DNA of 64,000 nt from Candidatus Hadarchaeota archaeon (GTDB taxonomy: Archaea > Hadarchaeota > Hadarchaeia > Hadarchaeales > JAGGTB01), in assembly GCA_964384105.1 (NCBI GenBank), contig CAYLJV010000001.1:608001-672000 (forward strand). The letters are read 5' to 3'. This document shows positions 38,315 through 47,515 of the stretch, piece after piece. A program made the translations under genes and the position numbers. Every line of letters begins with the position of its first letter. Position 1 is the first letter of the stretch. Under the pieces are notes generated by a model that was not told where the DNA came from, made no database searches, and worked only from the letters and a program-made list of their open reading frames with translations.

Positions 38315-39835
38315 TTAAAGTGACCTCAAAGTTTTTGCGATATCTTTATTTTTAGGTGGGATGATCCGAGGTGGTTTCATCTGTCCAATCGGTACCCCCT
38401 CTTTTTCTCGAATGGCCGAATACTTTGCGAAGGCTCCTTGACTTAGATATTCTACATGTATTGCTTCCTCGGGCTCTTTTATTCCAAAGTCGGTAACATA
38501 ATTTTCGAAGTCCTGTGAGGTCTCCTTTAATGATTTGAACAAAGCTTCTGAGGCTTCTTGTTCAGTTAGATTCCAATTTTCTTCTTCGGTCATGAATATC
38601 AACCGTTCTTTTTCTCCATAGCTTTCCTTCGCGACTGCCCAGTTGGTAGCATTATTTAATCCTGCGTTTTTGATTGTTTGAGAGGCCATACGTTTTGATA
38701 ATCTGAAATAGCCGTATAGGTTGATTAACTCCTTTTTTCTACCTTCGAATTCGAAATAAGGCATTCCATTACTGTCGAAATCTACTACTCTTAATAGATC
38801 ACCTGGTCGGTATCTCATCAACATTTCGTTAAAGGGGCTTACAACGACTTCGTAGACTTTATCTTTCTTCAATTCATCGATCTTTTTGATTTCATTGTCT
38901 TCATCTATAAATTCAAAATAACATGCTTTTAGACAGGGTATCAGCTTTTCTTTTCTTTCAGGCGTTCCAATCATTAAAATGCCAGCTTCCGAGTTGGCAT
39001 ACAGGTTGAGGGGAGTTAAATTCAGTTTCTTTTCGAAGAATTTTAGATAAGGTGCAGGGTCAGATCCAGATGTAAATATTCCTTTTAATTTAGATATTTC
39101 GTTTATTTTTCTCCCACTTTTTTCTTCCAGTTTTTCAATAATGAATTTGAGTAGAGACGGAACACCAGCTGCTATGTGGATATTTTTTTCCAAAATAGTT
39201 TTGCTTATGATTTTAATTTTCTCCCTCATATCGTTTGTTTTTTCTATAGTCTCTGGAGAGGGAACCAATTCAAAGAGATTCTTCCAAGTTGCCATAAAGA
39301 AGCTTCCTCCATACGGGGGTGGAGCGCCTAAAAATAGTATCCTATCTCCTTCTTCGGCTTCCGTATTCCCTTTTCCTGAACTACAGCCTATGAGAACACT
39401 CGCAATCGATAGCTCGGTATAATTTTCCATTGCTTCCTTGGTGTGAATAGACCATTTTGGTTCTCCCGTTGTACCAGAGGTTTTAAGTGGAAAGTCGAAT
39501 TCACCAGGGAGCCATTCATTAATTGATGGATAAGCTTCGAGCGATATTCTGGAATAGTAATTCCATAAATTCTCATCTTCTTCTTGTTTTGTGTTCTCTA
39601 TAACTTCCTCTATTCTATTTCCAAAATTTTCCAACAGGGGATAATCTGAATATTCTGTTAAGGGCACGTCTTCTATGCTTTGAGGTTCTTTTTCGCACAG
39701 ATGTTTTGCAGTTTTAGTATTTTTCCATTTTCTAAAATGATCTTCTAATCTTTTCTTGTTGTACTTGCATTGTTCTTGGAAGGATTTTTCAAAAAAATGA
39801 TAATATTTCTCCCAAAGTTCCTCATTTGTGTTCAT
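38315..39835 (-). CDS. GH3-family (ANL superfamily) acyl-acid amido synthetase-like protein
   Basis: VPLTEYSDY, P-loop KTSGTTGEPK, YANSE, YFEFI, RYRPGD, F.GR, and the GH3-typical C-terminal GQMKPPR. Confidence 0.82.
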   Translation of the reverse strand: MNTNEELWEKYYHFFEKSFQEQCKYNKKRLEDHFRKWKNTKTAKHLCEKEPQSIEDVPLTEYSDYPLLENFGNRIEEVIENTKQEEDENLWNYYSRISLEAYPSINEWLPGEFDFPLKTSGTTGEPKWSIHTKEAMENYTELSIASVLIGCSSGKGNTEAEEGDRILFLGAPPPYGGSFFMATWKNLFELVPSPETIEKTNDMREKIKIISKTILEKNIHIAAGVPSLLKFIIEKLEEKSGRKINEISKLKGIFTSGSDPAPYLKFFEKKLNLTPLNLYANSEAGILMIGTPERKEKLIPCLKACYFEFIDEDNEIKKIDELKKDKVYEVVVSPFNEMLMRYRPGDLLRVVDFDSNGMPYFEFEGRKKELINLYGYFRLSKRMASQTIKNAGLNNATNWAVAKESYGEKERLIFMTEEENWNLTEQEASEALFKSLKETSQDFENYVTDFGIKEPEEAIHVEYLSQGAFAKYSAIREKEGVPIGQMKPPRIIPPKNKDIAKTLRSL

Positions 39836-39944
39836 CTAAATACTCTCCAGGGGGCTTGGATATTAAAGGTAGTTCTCACTTTTATTATTACTTATCGAAT
39901 TGGAAATTTTGTGTCTTTGATGTGGTTTTTCTAAAGAATTTTCC

Positions 39945-40502
39945 TTACTCCAAGTTATCGGAAAGCTCTTTGTATATCTCAAAAAGACTGCTTTTGCTTA
40001 CTCCAGCTGCCTGAGAAATTTCTACTTCGCTACGCCATTCTCCGCAATCAATCGCAGCCATGTATATGGCAGCTGCAAGTATACCAGCTGGCTTTTTCCC
40101 ATAAGCAATCCCAAGATTCTCAGCTTTTTTTATTATGTTTATAGCTCTTCTTTGGCAAGTTTCTGAAAGGTTTAAATCTTCAGCTAATTGGGGAACTTGA
40201 GTGGATAAAATCCTGTCAAGGCCTGATTTTATCACTTTTTTTCCGGAGCCTAGCATTTCGCTAAATAGTTTGTCTGACCAGTCATCTTCTAGTTTATAAT
40301 TCTCTTTGGAATACTTTCTCAAAATATCCAAAGCTATTTTTTCTGGTTTTTTGTCAGGGCTATCTATTCTCTTTAATTTCCGCTCTAGCTCGTCGATCTC
40401 TTGTCTCAGCTCTTCATATTCATTTTTTCTATTAAGGTATTCTAGTGCTACTCCTATGTTTTTTCTGTTGTAAGATTCATCTTTGTTGTTCTTGTCATTC
40501 AT
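39945..40502 (-). CDS. TFB/TFIIB-like protein with only one (C-terminal-type) cyclin repeat
   Basis: LNLS......A..I.KKA...G...GKKPAGILAAAIYMAA...GE.RS..EISQAAGVS..SL...YKEL; no Zn ribbon or B-reader. Confidence 0.78.
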   Translation of the reverse strand: MNDKNNKDESYNRKNIGVALEYLNRKNEYEELRQEIDELERKLKRIDSPDKKPEKIALDILRKYSKENYKLEDDWSDKLFSEMLGSGKKVIKSGLDRILSTQVPQLAEDLNLSETCQRRAINIIKKAENLGIAYGKKPAGILAAAIYMAAIDCGEWRSEVEISQAAGVSKSSLFEIYKELSDNLE

Positions 40503-40582
40503 AGTTTTCCCTCTAAAATGCTAGTAGAAGTATTCTTTTTGATACTTAGTAAATTCGAAGTAATATTTTGTGAATATTTTAT

Positions 40583-43249
40583 TTACCTGAGACGAAGTGT
40601 AGCGCGAACAGTGTCTTCATCTTCCTTCTCGATTTCGAAACCTAGCTTTCTACAAAGATTTATCATTGGTGTGTTGTTTTTCAGTATGGTTCCCCATATT
40701 TTTTCCAGCTTTTTGTCTTCGGCTACTCCGATAATAGAGTCAGTCAATTTTTCTCCTAATCCTTTTCCTTGCCATGGGTCGCCGATTAAGACGGCAAACT
40801 CTCCATCATTTTTTTCTGGATTTGTTATCAACCTACCAACTCCAATCATCTTTTTCTTACTTCCATCTCTAACTATCCCGACTATGGCCATTTCTCTTCT
40901 ATAGTCTATATTCGTGAATCTTACCATATCTTCGTGAGTGACGTCTTTCACCGGTCCAAAGAACCTATATCGCCAGGATTCTTTTGAAAGAGTATCAAAT
41001 AGTTCGAATTCCAATGGTTCATCTTCCGGTTTGATAGGTCTGAGAGTTATTGGAGTTCCATCATCTAGTTCCCACTCTTCAACATATTCCCGGGGATAAG
41101 GTTTTATCACAAGAAATTCTTCAGGGTCTGGTTCTTTTAGGGCCAAATCTTTGTCTATTTTTACTAATCCATCTAGAGCCATTAGTTGATCACCTACAAA
41201 AGAAACGGGATTTACATCTAATTCGATTATTTCTGGGAAATCGATAATAAGTTGAGAGAGGCTTATGAGCGATTTTTCGAGAGTTTTAGTCATTTTTGCC
41301 GAATTTTCATCTTCTTTAATTTGATCATAAATCTTAGTTTCATCCATTAATAAGCGAGCAAGAGTCTGATTTAGGGGAGGGAATCCAATCGCGGTATCTT
41401 CGAAGAACTCGACCTCTGTCCCGCCTCTTCCGAACATCAGAGTGGAACCAAATATTGGGTCTCTTTTTGAGCCTAGAATAAGTTCGTACTTTGAATCATT
41501 TATCATCTTTTGGACAGTTATACCTTCTATTTTTGCAGATGGATATTTCTTTTCCACTTGTTCCATAATCTTTTTGTATTTTTCACGAACTTCTTCTTTA
41601 GAATTAATATTGAGGGCTACACCTCCAACTTTAGCTTTGTGAGTTATTTCTGGAGATTGAACTTTCATTACTACTGGAAACCCGATTTTAGAGGCAAGTT
41701 TCTCAGCCTCATCTACATTTTCTGCAAGGTGTATTTCTGGACTAGGTATCCCGTAAGTTCTTAGCATCTTCTTTGATTCGGTCTCGGTTAGAACTTCTCG
41801 CCCCTCTCTCGCGATGCGTCTGACCATTGCTTTCAAGTTGTATTTAGGAGGTGATTCATCCACTGGTAGTTCTTCAGGTGTTTCTAACAATCTTTCAAGG
41901 TTTCGAGCGTATCGATTCAAATACATGTACGCTTTAACGGACTGTTCCGGAGCTGTTTGGACTGAAAATCCGTGCTCTCTTAATATTTTCTGCCCTTTTT
42001 GGATCTTTTCCCCTCCCATTAAGCACGTCAGAATTGGTTTTTTGATATCTTTCGTTTCTACGAGCGCTTTTGCTAATTCCTCGGGGGTTAGAGTTCCAAG
42101 AGGTGTATAAAGACAGATTATACCATTAACGTTCTCGTCTTTTGCGCATATTTTCACAGCATTTTTGTATTCCTCGTCATTTGCACCCCCTGTGACATCT
42201 ACTGGGTTGATGAGACTAGATGGAGCGGGAAGTGCTTCTTTTAATTCTTCAATTGTGGATTCCGAAAGCTCGGCCATTTCTCCCCCTTGATCAATGATGA
42301 AATCAGTAGTCATTGCGCCTGGTCCCCCTGCGTTGGTTACTAATGCGAGTTTAGGTCCTTTTGGTGGTCTTTGTTTTGCTAGAGTTTCTGAGCACGCAAA
42401 TAGATCCTCGATAGTATCGACACGAGTTATACCGGCCCTTCTGAATGCACCATCATAGACTTCATCAGACCCCGCCAAGGACCCGGTGTGTGAAGCAACA
42501 GCTTTTGCCCCTTCCTTATGTTTTCCTGATTTAACTGCCATTATTGGCTTTGTTCTGGCAAAGCTTCTGGCTGCACTCATGAATTTTTTGGAATTTTGAA
42601 TGGCCTCTATATACATCAGAATGCTTTCTGTTCTTGGGTCTCTACCGAAGTAGTCTATCAGATCGCCAAAATCCACGTCTAACATATTCCCGACTGAAAC
42701 GAAACTACTAAATCCGAATTTTGCGGAAATTGCCCAGTCAAGTGTGGAAGATGCCAGGGCTCCGCTTTGTGAGAGAAAAGTTACACCACCCTTTTCTGGC
42801 ATTTGGTCTGCGAATGATGCATTGAGATTTTCATGAGGGTTTATAATGCCTAAACAATTTGGACCCAGAACTCTCATTCCATATTCTCTTCTTATTTCAT
42901 CTATTCTGTTCTCTAATTTGGTACCTTCTTTCCCCGTTTCACTGAAACCTGCGGATATAATTATCAGAGCAGGGATTCCAGCCGCCCCACATTCCTCAAC
43001 GATACCCGGAACTGTTTTTGCGGGAGTTGCAATGACGCCTAGGTCTATGGATTCCGAAATTTCTTTTACACTCGGAGAAGTCTCGATATCTAATACCTTT
43101 TCCCGGTTTGGATTGATCGGAAAAATTTTTCCTTTTCCTCTGTCAGTTAGGTTTCTCATTAGGGTTAGTCCGACTGATCCCTTTTTTTCAGTTGCTCCTA
43201 GAACCGCGATGTTTTCTGGTGCAAAAATTTTTTCTATTCCATCTGACAT
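40583..43249 (-). CDS. ADP-forming acyl-CoA synthetase (alpha+beta)-GNAT fusion (Pat/YfiQ-type protein acetyltransferase)
   Basis: IISAGFSE, GPNCLG, SQSGA, SHTGSL, TNAGG, NPVD, ATP-grasp GFPVVMK...HK..VGGV, ELDVNP, C-terminal GNAT (RPI.PED, WQGKGLG). Confidence 0.92.
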   Translation of the reverse strand: MSDGIEKIFAPENIAVLGATEKKGSVGLTLMRNLTDRGKGKIFPINPNREKVLDIETSPSVKEISESIDLGVIATPAKTVPGIVEECGAAGIPALIIISAGFSETGKEGTKLENRIDEIRREYGMRVLGPNCLGIINPHENLNASFADQMPEKGGVTFLSQSGALASSTLDWAISAKFGFSSFVSVGNMLDVDFGDLIDYFGRDPRTESILMYIEAIQNSKKFMSAARSFARTKPIMAVKSGKHKEGAKAVASHTGSLAGSDEVYDGAFRRAGITRVDTIEDLFACSETLAKQRPPKGPKLALVTNAGGPGAMTTDFIIDQGGEMAELSESTIEELKEALPAPSSLINPVDVTGGANDEEYKNAVKICAKDENVNGIICLYTPLGTLTPEELAKALVETKDIKKPILTCLMGGEKIQKGQKILREHGFSVQTAPEQSVKAYMYLNRYARNLERLLETPEELPVDESPPKYNLKAMVRRIAREGREVLTETESKKMLRTYGIPSPEIHLAENVDEAEKLASKIGFPVVMKVQSPEITHKAKVGGVALNINSKEEVREKYKKIMEQVEKKYPSAKIEGITVQKMINDSKYELILGSKRDPIFGSTLMFGRGGTEVEFFEDTAIGFPPLNQTLARLLMDETKIYDQIKEDENSAKMTKTLEKSLISLSQLIIDFPEIIELDVNPVSFVGDQLMALDGLVKIDKDLALKEPDPEEFLVIKPYPREYVEEWELDDGTPITLRPIKPEDEPLEFELFDTLSKESWRYRFFGPVKDVTHEDMVRFTNIDYRREMAIVGIVRDGSKKKMIGVGRLITNPEKNDGEFAVLIGDPWQGKGLGEKLTDSIIGVAEDKKLEKIWGTILKNNTPMINLCRKLGFEIEKEDEDTVRATLRLR

Positions 43250-43415
43250 GGTCTCATTTCCATTTCAACCTTACTTCTTTTCTTCTACCTTATAACTTTA
43301 GATAATTCAGATACTCAGTTAAAACCTATGATTTGTATTGTTTAAGAAGTGAATATAGTTGATTGAAAGGATAGATGTTAACTAAGATTAAGCCTTATCA
43401 TTAACAGGTTGAATT

Positions 43416-45839
43416 ATGCGTGGACTATTACTAGATAGCGACTATCTTGAGTGGCGTGACCCGCCTTGCATGAGATTATTCGTGAAAACAGAAAAGGAGA
43501 ATTTTAAAGTTCTAGATCCTCATTTTAGGGACTATTTCTTTGTCCTGTCGACTGACCCAGATGATGTAAGAAAGACTATAGAAAAGATGGAAGTTGATAA
43601 AGATAGCGAAAAAATTAGTTCTTTGTCTGTAGACATTGTTGAAAAAAAGTTACTTGGAAAAAAGAAGAATGTCTTAAAGGTTTTTGTCAAGAAAACGTCT
43701 GATATCAGTGCACTCAGAGAGGAAATTTTGGATATACCGAGTGTTATTGAAACTTATGAACACGATATACCACCCGCTAGGAAATATTTGATTGACCATG
43801 AATTGACCCCTATGAGTGGTATAGAGATCAAAGGGGAGCTTAGAGAGGAGCGTGAAGAGAAGGAGCTTATCACAACAAAACCGCCTTCACCTGCTGGTGA
43901 TATCGAAGTGGATTTGCATATAGCTTGTTTTGATCTAGAGACCTATAATCCAGAAGGGGACCCGAGGCCCAAAAAGGATCCGATTATAGCTCTGAGCCTA
44001 GTTGATAATCGAGGTCTTAAAAAAGTTATTACGTGGAAGGATTTTGAGACCGATTTAGACTACGTTGAAGTAGTTGAGAATGAAGAGCAATTGATAAGAC
44101 GTTTTGTTAGACTTGTAGAAGAGAATGACTTCGACATAATTACAGGTTACAATACTGATCTCTTTGATTTTCCTTATTTAAGCGAAAGATCTGATCAATA
44201 TAGTATTGAATTGAATATTGGTAGAGGAGATTCTAATATAAGAACGCATAGGAGGAGATTCAACACGGTTACTGAGGTCCCGGGGCGTCCTCATATAGAT
44301 ATGTATGCGATGGTAGATTTTCTTTCCAAGATAGGAGCTATAAAACTGACTAGCTACACGCTTGAGAATGTCTACGAACATATGTTTGATAAACGTAAGT
44401 TAGATTTTGATCATACTAAAATCTCTGAGGCTTGGGATCACGGAGGTAATAATGCCGTGGATCTTCTGAGATATGCTTTGTCGGATGCTGAGGCTACGAT
44501 GGATGTATCCTTGGAAATTTTTCCCTTAGTAAGAGAACTCAGCAGGACTGTTAAGCAATCTCTATTTGACGTTAGCCGAATGACTTCCGGACAGCTTGTT
44601 GAATGGCTTCTTATTTCTAATGCTCACAAAGTTAGCGAACTGGTACCACCTAGGCCTGGAGGCAGGGAATATCAAAAAAGAAGAAAGAGTACTTATATAG
44701 GTGGATATGTTCTCGAGCCGGAAAAAGGATTATTTAGAAATTTAGTAGTTTTTGACTTTAGATCTCTATACCCCACTATTATAGTAACTCATAACATAGA
44801 CCCTGCGATGCTAAATTGTGATTGTTGCTCACTTGAAGAGAGAGTTAAAGCACCAGGGTTGGAGTATGAATTCTGTCAGTCTAAAAGAGGATTTATTCCT
44901 GAAACACTTGATAGCTTGATCGAAGATAGGGTAAAGTTAAAGGAGGAAATGAAAGACCTTTCAGAAGACACCAGAGAGTACGCTTCTCTCAATAGCCGAC
45001 AATGGGCTCTCAAGATAATAGCTAATTCATTCTATGGCATGCTAGGTTATGCCCGTGCAAGATGGTATTCCAAAGAATGTGCAGAGAGTGTTACTCGTTT
45101 TGGAAGACATTACATTAAGGAAACGATAAAATTAGCGAAAGATGAGGGGTTCGAAGTAGTTTATGGTGATACAGATAGTCTGTTTTGTAAGGTAGGAAGC
45201 AAGAGCAAGGATGAGGTTAGGGATTTTTTGAACAAAGTTAATGAAAACATGCCAGGAATAATGAAATTAGAGCTGGAAGATTTCTATAAAAGAGGGCTCT
45301 TTATTGCAAAGAAAAGGTATGCGATGATTAATGAAGCTGGCAAAATCGAAGTTAAAGGACTGGAGTTCGTTAGGAGAGATTGGGCGGCGTTAGCGAAGGA
45401 TACCCAAGAGGCTGTTTTGGAAGCGATTTTAAAGGATGGTTCTCCAGAAAAGGCTGCAGAAATTGTCCAGAATGTTACTGAGGATATAAAGAAAGGAAAA
45501 GTAGATTTGAACGATTTGATTGTTCACACACGGCTTAAGAAACCTATAGATCAATACAAAGCGAGAGGTCCTCATGTCGCTGCTGCTGAGAGACTTGAGT
45601 CCGAAGGTGAAGAGGTAGAAACAGGATCCACTATTACATACATAGTTGAAAAAGGGTCTGGTAGCATAAGCGATAGAGCCATACCCGTATCCCAGTTTGA
45701 AGGGCGGGAGTACGATCCCGATTACTATGTTCATAATCAGGTTTTACCGGCTGTCTTTAGAGTTATGGAAGTTCTAGGTTATACTGAGGAAGAGCTCTGT
45801 TATGAGAAAACTAAGCAAACAAAATTGGGAAGCTTTTAA
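43416..45839 (+). CDS. polB: Family B DNA polymerase (PolB3-type)
   Basis: FDLET, GYN.D.FD, DFRSLYP, KIIANSFYG, YGDTDS, KKRY, C-terminal PIP box QTKLGSF; no intein. Confidence 0.96.
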   Translation: MRGLLLDSDYLEWRDPPCMRLFVKTEKENFKVLDPHFRDYFFVLSTDPDDVRKTIEKMEVDKDSEKISSLSVDIVEKKLLGKKKNVLKVFVKKTSDISALREEILDIPSVIETYEHDIPPARKYLIDHELTPMSGIEIKGELREEREEKELITTKPPSPAGDIEVDLHIACFDLETYNPEGDPRPKKDPIIALSLVDNRGLKKVITWKDFETDLDYVEVVENEEQLIRRFVRLVEENDFDIITGYNTDLFDFPYLSERSDQYSIELNIGRGDSNIRTHRRRFNTVTEVPGRPHIDMYAMVDFLSKIGAIKLTSYTLENVYEHMFDKRKLDFDHTKISEAWDHGGNNAVDLLRYALSDAEATMDVSLEIFPLVRELSRTVKQSLFDVSRMTSGQLVEWLLISNAHKVSELVPPRPGGREYQKRRKSTYIGGYVLEPEKGLFRNLVVFDFRSLYPTIIVTHNIDPAMLNCDCCSLEERVKAPGLEYEFCQSKRGFIPETLDSLIEDRVKLKEEMKDLSEDTREYASLNSRQWALKIIANSFYGMLGYARARWYSKECAESVTRFGRHYIKETIKLAKDEGFEVVYGDTDSLFCKVGSKSKDEVRDFLNKVNENMPGIMKLELEDFYKRGLFIAKKRYAMINEAGKIEVKGLEFVRRDWAALAKDTQEAVLEAILKDGSPEKAAEIVQNVTEDIKKGKVDLNDLIVHTRLKKPIDQYKARGPHVAAAERLESEGEEVETGSTITYIVEKGSGSISDRAIPVSQFEGREYDPDYYVHNQVLPAVFRVMEVLGYTEEELCYEKTKQTKLGSF

Positions 45840-45889
45840 AATAGGGATTATACTTTTATTCTAACTATAAATAGGGTTAACAGAGATCA

Positions 45890-46813
45890 ATGTCAGAAAA
45901 GTTAAGTGACGAAGAGATTGAAATCTATCGAAAGGTAGGTAGTCTAACAGCAGAAGTTAGGGAAGAAGCTAAGAGTATGGTTGAGCCAGGACAAAAGCTT
46001 CTAATTATAGCAGAAAAAGTCGAGGAAATGATTGATGATCGAGGTGCAGTACCTGCTTTTCCATGTAACATATCTTTGAATGAGAGAGCTGCTCACTATA
46101 CTCCTCCTGAGGAAGACGATAACGAGATTGGAGAAGGAGATTTTGTGAAGATCGATATAGGTGCGCATATTGATGGGTACATCGCAGATACAGCTGTTAC
46201 TGTTTGTGCGAGTGAGGATGAAGACAAAGGAGAAAACGAAGGGGAGATGATTCAGGTAGTTAATCAAATTTTAGAAGATGCAATTAAGCTTGTAAAACCT
46301 GGAATCGATGTTGGTGAAATAGGTGGTTTGGTAGAAAGAACCGCTGAGGAACATGGATATAAACCAATAAGTAATCTTACAGGCCATAAGCTCGAGAGGT
46401 GGTCCCTTCATGGTGGAGTCTCCATTCCAAACGTGGAAAAGGAAACGGGAGATAAGCTAGGAGAGGGGGATGTAATCGCTTTAGAGCCGTTTATTACAGA
46501 TGGGAAAGGAGAGGTGGAAGATTTACCCGAGGTCTATATCTTCAGGTATTTAGGCAATAAGGGAGTATCGGGTAGAATGGCTTTGAAGACTCTCAGGAAA
46601 ATACAAAGTAAATATGGTGGTCTGCCGTTCGCAGAAAGGTGGTTGGCTAAGGATCTCTCCAGAATAAGATTACAAATGACTTTGAGGGAGCTATTGACTA
46701 CAGAGTCCTTACACCCTTACTATGTTTTGAAAGAAGTGGAAGATGGTCAGATCGCACAAGCAGAACATACAATGATAGTGACTGAAGACGGCTGTGAAGT
46801 AACTACTAGATAA
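45890..46813 (+). CDS. map: Methionine aminopeptidase type II
   Basis: AFPCN.S.N..AAHYTP, KIDIG.HIDGYIADTA, NLTGH, ALEPF, AQAEHT. Confidence 0.95.
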   Translation: MSEKLSDEEIEIYRKVGSLTAEVREEAKSMVEPGQKLLIIAEKVEEMIDDRGAVPAFPCNISLNERAAHYTPPEEDDNEIGEGDFVKIDIGAHIDGYIADTAVTVCASEDEDKGENEGEMIQVVNQILEDAIKLVKPGIDVGEIGGLVERTAEEHGYKPISNLTGHKLERWSLHGGVSIPNVEKETGDKLGEGDVIALEPFITDGKGEVEDLPEVYIFRYLGNKGVSGRMALKTLRKIQSKYGGLPFAERWLAKDLSRIRLQMTLRELLTTESLHPYYVLKEVEDGQIAQAEHTMIVTEDGCEVTTR

Positions 46814-46824
46814 ATTTATGATAG

Positions 46825-47508
46825 CTATTTTTTCTCTAGCAATATCATGGCATGATCCTCTTCGTAAGGATCTAATAGTTTTGAATCAACTATTTTCATT
46901 TTTTCTTCCAGTTTTTTCATTTCGGTCTTAAATATTTCCCTAGGTTCCTTCGTAACATCGATACTTCGAGCTTTGAGAGCGACTAGGGCACTACCATCTC
47001 CTTTTAAAAAAGCATTGGTGTTTTTCAATATTATCTCAGTTTGGTGTGGATGAGCTACGTCTTGATAAATCATATCGACTTGTTCGATCATTGCTCTATA
47101 CTGATATGTTTTCTTAGCGTCAGCTAGTATGGGTGCCATGTTTGGTCGGTTCTCGCAGGTAACGAGTAAATCTCTAAGTGGACGCGTTGATATCTCGACA
47201 CAGTAAACCATTCCATTTTTTCCCACTATATCTGATATGTGGCTTGCTGTTGTACCGCTTGCTGCTCCAAGGTAAAGGACTTTTGTTCCTGATTTGATTG
47301 GAACGCTTTTTAACCCTCGTAGGATGGCAGATGCTAGTTTGCTTCGATACGGGTTCCAGATTCTATATTGTTCATTATCGAAGTCGACTAGTCTTTCATC
47401 ATATACTTTATTATTTGGTGATAGATTCTTAGTTGCTAGTTTTGGTTTTCCTTCTTCTATTTTAGCCCAATAGACCTCATCAAACTTGTCGTGTTTTTTT
47501 ATTTCCAT
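46825..47508 (-). CDS. flpA: Fibrillarin-like rRNA/tRNA 2'-O-methyltransferase
   Basis: VYDE, YRIWNPYRSKLA, VLYLGAASGTT.SH.SD, YQDVA, KARSID. Confidence 0.96.
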   Translation of the reverse strand: MEIKKHDKFDEVYWAKIEEGKPKLATKNLSPNNKVYDERLVDFDNEQYRIWNPYRSKLASAILRGLKSVPIKSGTKVLYLGAASGTTASHISDIVGKNGMVYCVEISTRPLRDLLVTCENRPNMAPILADAKKTYQYRAMIEQVDMIYQDVAHPHQTEIILKNTNAFLKGDGSALVALKARSIDVTKEPREIFKTEMKKLEEKMKIVDSKLLDPYEEDHAMILLEKK

Positions 47509-47515
47509 ATTCGAA

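Noticed and set aside
43416-45839. Inteins in PolB (also checked RFC, Hel308 and IleRS)
   Set aside because: Lengths are normal and the motifs are contiguous.
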